Assembly (NCBI GenBank): GCA_964016885.1
Contig: OZ024745.1
Coordinates: forward strand, 24,366,001 to 24,430,000
DNA: 64,000 nucleotides
From: Eledone cirrhosa
Taxonomy: Eukaryota
Reading direction: 5' to 3'
The notes under the pieces are model-generated. The model saw only the letters and a list, made by a program, of their open reading frames with translations, had not been told where the DNA came from and did no database searches. This document shows positions 54,089 to 64,000 of this stretch, piece after piece; position 1 is the first letter of the stretch, and every line of letters begins with the position of its first letter. The position numbers and the translations under genes are program-made.

Positions 54089-55012
54089 TGTATGTATATA
54101 TGACCAGAGTGAAGGGTGAGTGGGTGTATGTATATATGACCAGAGTGAAGGGTGAGTGAGTGTATGTATATATGACCAGAGTGAAGGGTGAGTGAGTGTA
54201 TGTATATATGACCAGAGTGAAGGGTGAGTGAGTGTATGTATATATGACCAGAGTGAAGGGTGAGTGAGTGTATGTATATATGACCAGAGTGAAGGGTGAG
54301 TGAGTGTATGTATATATGACCAGAGTGAAGGGTGAGTGGGTGTATGTATATATGACCAGAGTGAAGGGTGAGTGAGTGTATGTATATATGACCAGAGTGA
54401 AGGGTGAGTGAGTGTATGTATATATGACCAGAGTGAAGGGTGAGTGAGTGTATGTATATATGACCAGAGTGAAGGGTGAGTGAGTGTATGTATATATGAC
54501 CAGAGTGAAGGGTGAGTGAGTGTATGTATATATGACCAGAGTGAAGGGTGAGTGAGTGTATGTATATATGACCAGAGTGAAGGGTGAGTGAGTGTATGTA
54601 TATATGACCAGAGTGAAGGGTGAGTGGGTGTATGTATATATGACCAGAGTGAAGGGTGAGTGAGTGTATGTATATATGACCAGAGTGAAGGGTGAGTGAG
54701 TGTATGTATATATGACCAGAGTGAAGGGTGAGTGAGTGTATGTATATATGACCAGAGTGAAGGGTGAGTGAGTGTATGTATATATGACCAGAGTGAAGGG
54801 TGAGTGAGTGTATGTATATATGACCAGAGTGAAGGGTGAGTGAGTGTATGTATATATGACCAGAGTGAAGGGTGAGTGAGTGTATGTATATATGACCAGA
54901 GTGAAGGGTGAGTGAGTGTATGTATATATGACCAGAGTGAAGGGTGAGTGAGTGTATGTATATATGACCAGAGTGAAGGGTGAGTGAGTGTATGTATATA
55001 TGACCAGAGTGA
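54089..55012. repeat. 36-bp minisatellite, about 26 near-identical units
   Basis: Unit GTATGTATATATGACCAGAGTGAAGGGTGAGTGAGT. Confidence 0.97.
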
Positions 55013-55048
55013 GAGTGAATGTATATATATACGACTATACATACAAGT

Positions 55049-55270
55049 GAAAGCGCATGGCTTTGTGGTTCAGGTATTCGGCTTACAATCGCATGGTTGT
55101 GAGTTCGATTCCCGGAGTTGTGTCATTGAGCATACTTTATTTCTACTCAGCTGACAAAAATGAGTACACATGTCTATGGAATGCTCAGCCACTTCACGTT
55201 AATTTCAAGGACAGGCTGTTCCGTTGATCGGATCAACTGGAACACTCATCGTCGTAACCGACAGAGTGCC
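55049..55270 (+). mobile_element. Second-family tRNA-derived SINE (diverged)
   Basis: Head similar to 39654, B box GAGTTCGATTCC. Confidence 0.7.
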
Positions 55271-55317
55271 TCACATTCATACATACATATATACATACAT
55301 ATATGCATACATACATG

Positions 55318-55995
55318 ATGGCTGCCCCCCTCGTTATCAAGTATGGCCATTGCACGATATCACACTATTAATAATTTTCAATTAATGCAATCGTGCAATA
55401 CCTGTGAGTGACAATGTTTTTGAAGTGAGGAAAGACTGTGCACTGAGCCAATCCCACTCTCTGAGCGACAGTAGCTATAACCAGCCAGCGACTTGAAAAC
55501 TCTGGTACAAACACTACACTTGTGAAAATTATTGACACATAGTGCTGGGCCCATGGTACCATGTGACGACAAGTGCAGAGAGATCTCCAGATATAAAGCA
55601 ATGCCTGTGCCGTGAAGCTTTTATAGTCAGCAAAGGCACTGCACAAAGCCAGTCCCACTCTCTTAACCAAGATGATATTTACCAAAAAGAATAACAAGCC
55701 AACATCATTGGATACCATCAGGGTTGAGGTGTTATATCAGAGTTTTCCTTCTCCTAGAATTATGCCTTGACAAAGGCTAAGGGGTCATCTCTCCCGGTGA
55801 TTTTGGATGGCCATTGACTCTTAAGATCTCCTTTGCCCTTTGACAGGTTTTGTTTTTAGTCCTGCAGGATGTTCAAAGTCACCCTCCTCACCAAGAAACC
55901 TTAGTGGGGTTGCCAGTTTAGTCGCCAACGACCCGACCATAAGACAGGTTGTACTGGGATACATGTTACCAGTAGCACCAACTGGTGACCTGACA
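55318..55995 (-). mobile_element. Non-autonomous RTE-derived element (copy 2, inverted)
   Basis: Reverse-complement homology to 52905-53460. Confidence 0.6.
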
Positions 55996-56048
55996 TAACA
56001 TACATACATACATACATACATACATACATACATACATACATACATACA

Positions 56049-56080
<32 letters not shown>

Positions 56081-56944
56081 CGAGGTGTGTCAGAAAAGTT
56101 CCAGGACTGATGTCACAAAAGATTTATTTCAAACTCAAACTTCACACTAAGAGTTTTCTCCTTCAAAGTAATCCCCCTGGAGTCTAATGCACTTTTCCAT
56201 CCTTTTCTACCACGCTAGCATGCACTCCTGGAAGGATTCTTCCGGGATCCTCCTCAGTTCCCTCGTCACCGCCTTTTTGCTGTCGTCCACGTCTTCAAAA
56301 CGGGTCCCCTCCGGGTCGTACTCGAAGATCCATGACTCATCACCGGTGATGACTGTCCCTAGCAAGTCTGGTTCGGTTTCAAGACGCTTGAGGATGTCCT
56401 GGCACACTTGCATGCGTCGACCCTGCTGGTCATCGATCAGCAGTTTTGGCACCATCTTCGCGCAGACTTTCCGCATGTCCAAATCTTCAGTGAGAATCTT
56501 CCAGACGCTGTCCCGATTCATGCCCAGCTCATTTGCCATCAGTCGAACAGTCAGCCGACGATCGCTACGCAGCATCTGCCTGACGCGCTCAAGGTTGACC
56601 TCAGTCCTGGTTGTTGAGGCCCTTCCTTCTTTAAACCTCTTGCACCACTCAAAAACACGTGAGCGTGACATCGTCTCATCTCCATACACTTGCTGCAGCA
56701 ATCCCAGTGCTTCTGACGGAGTTTTCAAGTTTGTTCGTTGCTCTGTGTTCATTGCTTGACGACCTGAAACAGAGGACATGTATATAAAATTATGAAGAAA
56801 AAAGTTTCATCGCTGCAGAGAGATAAGATTACAGTTACATACTCCAGGGGGGATTACGTTGAAGGAGAAAACTCTCAGTGTGAAGTTTGGGTTTGAAATA
56901 AATCTTTTGTGACATCAGTCCTGTAACTTTTCTGACACAGCTCG
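56081..56944 (-). mobile_element. Internally deleted mariner transposon
   Basis: About 103-bp TIRs (CGAGGTGTGTCAGAAAAGTT...), TA TSD, transposase-derived ORF inside. Confidence 0.92.
56207..56779 (-). CDS. Truncated mariner transposase (HTH, xVPKLL, TGDESW; catalytic core deleted)
   Basis: MSRSRVFEWCKRFKEGR, KVCAKMVPKLL and ITGDESWIFEYDPE fused directly to GTRFEDVDD. Confidence 0.75.
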   Translation of the reverse strand: MSSVSGRQAMNTEQRTNLKTPSEALGLLQQVYGDETMSRSRVFEWCKRFKEGRASTTRTEVNLERVRQMLRSDRRLTVRLMANELGMNRDSVWKILTEDLDMRKVCAKMVPKLLIDDQQGRRMQVCQDILKRLETEPDLLGTVITGDESWIFEYDPEGTRFEDVDDSKKAVTRELRRIPEESFQECMLAW

Positions 56945-57606
56945 TATACATATATACCGACCAGAAGGATCAGTAAGTGAACGGGAGCCGGCAAAATAGT
57001 TCACAGGCTGACTGTGAAGGAATGATGCTAGAGCTGTGAAATCTTGCATGCATTAATTTCAATTATTCTTATTAATAACTGGATTATTTCTTTTCAGGGA
57101 CTATGTAGAAAAATAAACCTCATTTGGTCAATCCATGAGAGTATCTTGGTCAACCTATGAACATTCCATTTCAGCCGCTGTTCGTATGTATATATGACCA
57201 GGGTGAAGGGTGAGTGAGTTTAAGTATATATGGGCAGAAGGCAGAGTGAGTGAGTATATTTATATATGACCAGGGTCATGGGTGAGCTAGTGTATATATA
57301 TATGACAGAGAGGAGGGTATATGTATATATGACAAGTGTGAAGGGTGAGTGAGTGAGTGTATAGAAGAGGGAGTCGTTGTTTCTGATAGAAATAGATAGA
57401 AAATTCAAATATATATGAGTGTGTGTATATAGATAAGAGCTAGATACATGGAATCTCTTTACCTAAACACAGCTACTGCACTCTCTATATAACTATTATA
57501 TGTGCACTCTGGACATCGAGATGCAGTTTTATAACTGCCACATTATTTAGGGAGTGAGTCATGGCCGGAGACCGCTCAAATAACATCAGTGACTTTTTCG
57601 TAAACC

Positions 57607-57685
<79 letters not shown>

Positions 57686-57719
57686 GACATATGTATACAT
57701 ATATATGTATGTACATATA

Positions 57720-58373
<654 letters not shown>

Positions 58374-58475
58374 GATATAATGCTCTGATTTTTTAATTTA
58401 TTAATTCTTCATAGAGCTTAAAAGTGGCCAGTTGCAACATGTATATATCTATAACTTTATGTATATGTTAACCTT

Positions 58476-58609
<134 letters not shown>

Positions 58610-58801
58610 TGTGTGTGTGTGCGTGTGTGTGTGTGCGTGTGTGTGTGCGTGTGTGTGTATTTAAAGGTTAAACAAGGTTCAATGAATAAATCAAAGAATG
58701 AGTTTTACAATAGATTGGAAGCACTCCATAGAAATGGTTTTCCGGAGTTATTAATATTAATTCAAAATATTAACAAAAATAGACATTCGTGTGATCAAGT
58801 A

Positions 58802-58868
58802 TATTTTATTATACATATTTCAGAGGTACTGAGCTATCTTCAACAGTACGTCCTCATCAGATAAAATA
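58802..58868 (-). ncRNA. Type I hammerhead ribozyme
   Basis: UAUUUUAU-CUGAUGA-GGACGUACUG...CAGUACCUCU-GAAA-UAUGUA-UA-AUAAAAUA. Confidence 0.75.
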
Positions 58869-59330
58869 AGATGATGCATGACATACCCTGACTTAGTAGA
58901 GGTTAAGATTCAGTCATAGCAGTGAATAAGATATGACAAAACTCAATATTTATATACCTTAAGATTGATACATGAAAAAATTACATATAGTACAGAGGGT
59001 GCGTGTGAGAAAGCTTATAAAAATACATAATATAAACTTACATAACTGTTAGAGATTCAAATAATTTAAATTATTGAAGAAAGAAGAAAGACAGAGAGAG
59101 AAACAGATGAGGAAAAAGATAGTTACTAGAAGTATAGAAATATCTTATGCACGAAAGCAAAAGAGAATTGATTATGGATAGAGAAACAAGGAAGAATAAT
59201 TGTTATAGTATAAAGCATAGGGAAGGAGATTTGTATTGTCGTGGATAAATAGCGTATAATTAGATGATGCAAAAAAATATATATATATAAATAAATAAAT
59301 AAATAAATAAATAAATATTCATTTGGGCAT

Positions 59331-60011
<681 letters not shown>

Positions 60012-60041
60012 TACATATATATACATACAAACATACATACA

Positions 60042-60073
<32 letters not shown>

Positions 60074-60127
60074 CATACATATATATATATATATATATAC
60101 ACATACATACATACATACATACATACA

Positions 60128-60258
<131 letters not shown>

Positions 60259-61447
60259 ATATACGTTGTATTAATGTCACATCTGTTTGATAACCAACAT
60301 TCGAAGAAACCAAACGAAAGTAACACCAGATTAAAAAAGACAAACTGCATCGTTATCAACATGTATGACAAAATAAAACTGCAGCTATTTATCACTGTTA
60401 GCTACTTGTGAGATATGCCATAATATGTATGCATGCACATGTGTATTTCACCTCCGACATCAACTACAGATATCCTACGAAACCTTACGTAATCGCTCTC
60501 AACTGAATACTTTACTATTCTGACTGTTAAACTGCCATCTCATTGAGCTTTTTACACAATTATCTGACATGATTGATGCCTGCGCATACTTAAGTAAACA
60601 CATGCACGTAACGTATTTATATATAGTCATACACTATGTATATATGTATATATGTATGTTTCTATGTATGTATATATGTATGTTTCTAAGTATGTATGTA
60701 TGTATTTATGTAGATATGTATGTATTTATGTATTTATGTATTTATATATGTATTTATGTTTGTATTTGTATATGTGTATGTATATATGTATGTATGTATT
60801 AATTTATTTTTATGTATGTTCTTCTGGTTTTATAATTTCACAAAGTGTTACCAATAGAGAGAGAGTCGGTTTCTAACATAGACACAAGACTCTCTCATTG
60901 GAATTTACACAACAACTAGGTAGATATGTATGTATGTAGGCATGTGTTGATATGGATGTTATTGTATGTGTGGATGTGTATATTTTGAGTTGTATGTGTG
61001 CATGTGTATATGCTTTGTATCTGTACATGTGTATATGCAGTTATTAGATGCAACATTTTTGGAATGTTTTACATATTTTTACTGTTCCATTAATGGATTG
61101 TACTTCTAATTTCCTAACTAGTTGTGTTCTTTCTGTTCCTGTGAAGCCTAGCTTCTCAAGATTTGTATTGAGGCAGTTACTAACATACCGCAGTGCCCCA
61201 ATAATCATATGTATGTATGTATGTATATATGTATGTATGTATTTATTTATTTTTTATGTATGTATGTTTGTATATGTGTATATGCATATATGTATGTAGG
61301 TATTTATGTATGTGTTTATGTGTGTGTATATATGTATGTATATATGTATTTATTTATGTATTTATGTATGTATTTATGTGCGTATGTAAGATGGAGATCT
61401 GGTGGTGGCAGTACTTTGACATTGAGATGCAGCCATCATTGTATGTA

Positions 61448-61810
61448 TCTTCTTCTTCTTCTTCTTCTTCTTCTTCTTCTTCTTCTTCTTCTTCTTCTTC
61501 TTCTTCTTCTTCTTCTTCTTCTTCTTCTTCTTCTTTGTCGTCGTCGTCGTCGTCGTCTACTTATTACTGAGAGGTTTGTGGGAGCAGAGTCCTCAAACAT
61601 TCCTTCCTGTAGGTCCTGTCAGAAACAAACGTCTCCAACTGATCCGGCTGGATCTCCAAGCGAGACCAACTAAGCTCACGGATGTTATCCAACCATCGGA
61701 GATGTGATCTCTCAATTCGGAAAAGTGGCAGCTCTACCTAGAGTGACTCTCTGATCTCCGAGCTATGCACTCTATCGCACATTAACTTATGAAGACAGCT
61801 GTACCAACAT
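61448..61810 (-). mobile_element. RTE-clade LINE 3' remnant with (GAA)n tail
   Basis: The minus frame WLDNIRELSWSRLEIQPDQLETFVSDR resembles an RTE ORF C-terminus, and is followed by (GAC)n(GAA)n. Confidence 0.55.
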
Positions 61811-63410
61811 CATAGCAAAGGGATAAGATGTATGTTAAAATAAATAAAGTAATAGAATATTTAATGTAACGTTGATTCTTGCTAAATTCTTTAGGCGTCT
61901 CGAAATATAAGCAGACACTTTGACCGCTTAGCATTTCTAATGTCTTTGAAATTGTTGAATCGTAAGAATGATAAGCAAGTAAGAATTTGATCGTAGCAAA
62001 TTTTATTTGATAAATTAGAAACCGTTCTATTTTCTCTGCGGATATTTCAATCTGAATATCTCTCTAGATGTCTTCTTTGGTCTTTTAATCTTTTAATCAT
62101 ATTTCATTACATCACGTCATTTTGTCGACAAATGAACATATTTTATTCTCAGTTACCAAAGCAATATATTATTGAACTGAACTTGATTATTCTTACTTCT
62201 GTTGTTTTATATGAACTTATGGTATTTGCCAACCTATTGGACACACTTTCTTTTAAAATAAAGCATTAAAAAATCTTCCCTGCGTCCAATACGCCCGTAT
62301 CACCGATGGGGGGGGGAGGAGGGGGAGGACAATCAGGGTTAAAACATCTTTTAATATTACTATTAATACAGTAATACAATACATTTTATATAAGCAAAAT
62401 GATGTCGAACTTATATAAGAGATTCTAAGAAAACAATGAAATCATTTTTAATAAATTTATGAACTTTTCAACCAATGTGGGAATGACGCTAGAGCTTTCA
62501 AATCTCACATGCATTAATTTCAACTCTTCTTGTCTATAACTACATTGTTTCGTTCCAGGGACTATGATAAAAATAAACCTCATTTGGTCATTCCATGAGA
62601 GTGTCTTCTTCAGCCTATGAACATTTCAGTCAATGAGCTTTTCAGCCAACCTTCGTAAGACCCCACATTCAAAAAGAATGGTGGTAAATAGTCAATAGGA
62701 TTGATCTCATGTATTAAAACATCGTCTAATGGGTTCAAGACGGACGAAATTGAAAATTTCCTTGGCAAGAATCTATACTCAAACCAAACTAGTATGAAAT
62801 GGCATTTAGTCTAACACTTTATTATTGTAACTCCATCCGAATTTCTCATGAGAACAAATAGTTTACTGTTCAAAGAATCACGAAAGAATTATCTCTATTT
62901 CATTCTTGTTTAACTCTTACCTTCCTTTGAAGATTTGAAATTTAAAAAAAAATACCCTTCACATTTCATTGCGTAAAAATATTATCATTTGTTATCTAGT
63001 TTCATAACGTTTCTTCTTCCTTCTCATTATCTCGCCTTCTTATCAGCTTCCTCTTCTTTTCTCCACATTCTCTTCACCTTTCTTCTTCAACTTCTTTTCC
63101 TCTCCTTTTTCCTTTGTCGGTGATTGCGAATAATTTCAAAAGAGTCGGATTTTATGTATGTATGTATGTATGTATGTATGTATGTATGTATGTATGTATG
63201 TATGTATGTATGTATGTATGTATGTATGTGTATGTATGTATTTATTTATTTGGCTATACGAAGTTACTTTACAATACAGTAAATGTTTTCAAACTCTTTA
63301 TATTATAAAATTCACTAGTCGAAAATGATTTCCCCATGTTAAGGTCTGATCAAGTTTCCGTTAAAGTTTCGTTGTGAAAACTGGTGGACATCAAAATTTC
63401 ATACATTCCT

Positions 63411-63803
63411 GGTGGATTGGCAGTATCGGTAGAGAGTCGGACGCCATGCTTTCTAGCATAGTTACGTCTCTTTACAGACTGAGTTCAAATCTCACCGAGG
63501 TTAACTTTGCCTTTCATCCTTACGAGGTCGATAAAATAAAATACCAGTAATGTACTTGGTATTGCTGGCCTTGTGCCAAATGTAGAAACAATTATTTATA
63601 TAAGCATCAATGGCGGTAGATTGGCAGTATTGGTAGAAGGTCGGACGCCATGCTTTGCAGCATAGAGTTGCGCCCCTTTACAGTTTGAGTTCAATTCCTG
63701 CCGAGTTCAACTTTGCCTTTCATCCTTACGGGGTCCTATAAAATAAAGTACCAGTAATACACTGGAATAATTGCTGGCCTTGTGCAAAAAGTAGAAACAA
63801 TTA
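63411..63803 (+). mobile_element. Two head-to-tail SINEs
   Basis: Consensus matches, each followed by TATAAGCATCA. Confidence 0.88.
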
Positions 63804-64000
63804 TTTTTATAAGCATCATAAGTAGAGTCGTGAAACAAAATCAGGGCAAATTTATATAATCTAGTTTCATTGTTTAGATTTCTTTCGTCTGGAATAATAT
63901 TACAGGTTCATTGTGTTCGCATGTCTAGAGGTACCGGGAAATGAAACTCAAATGAATCTGAAAATATTATAGCGACCTGCACCAAGAGAAATAATTATTG

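Noticed and set aside
54089-55012. 36-bp periodic array resembling a CRISPR repeat length
   Set aside because: There are no unique spacers and no cas genes, and the context is eukaryotic. It is a minisatellite.

Overview
AT-rich eukaryotic (animal) non-coding DNA, saturated with microsatellites and transposon debris. The abundant tRNA-headed SINE and the repeat landscape suggest a coleoid cephalopod such as Octopus (inference from recall, not a database search). I found no convincing host exon, and almost all ORFs in the track are microsatellite artefacts. The real coding remnants are a Penelope-like (PLE) GIY-YIG endonuclease, an L1/Tx1 ORF2 C-terminus, an R4/Dong-like restriction-like endonuclease, an internally deleted mariner transposase, and degenerate RTE and APE fragments. 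The main signal is a swarm of about 10 unrelated short fold-back or tandem elements sitting in (TA)n tracts. They carry about 19 complete or near-complete type I hammerhead ribozyme (HHR) motifs plus several half-hammerheads. Highlights: a 591-bp tandem-plus-inverted retrozyme-like unit, two families with a compensatory U3-A8 core, and families whose palindrome apex falls inside HHR stem II. All folds were read by eye, and coordinates of degenerate elements are approximate.
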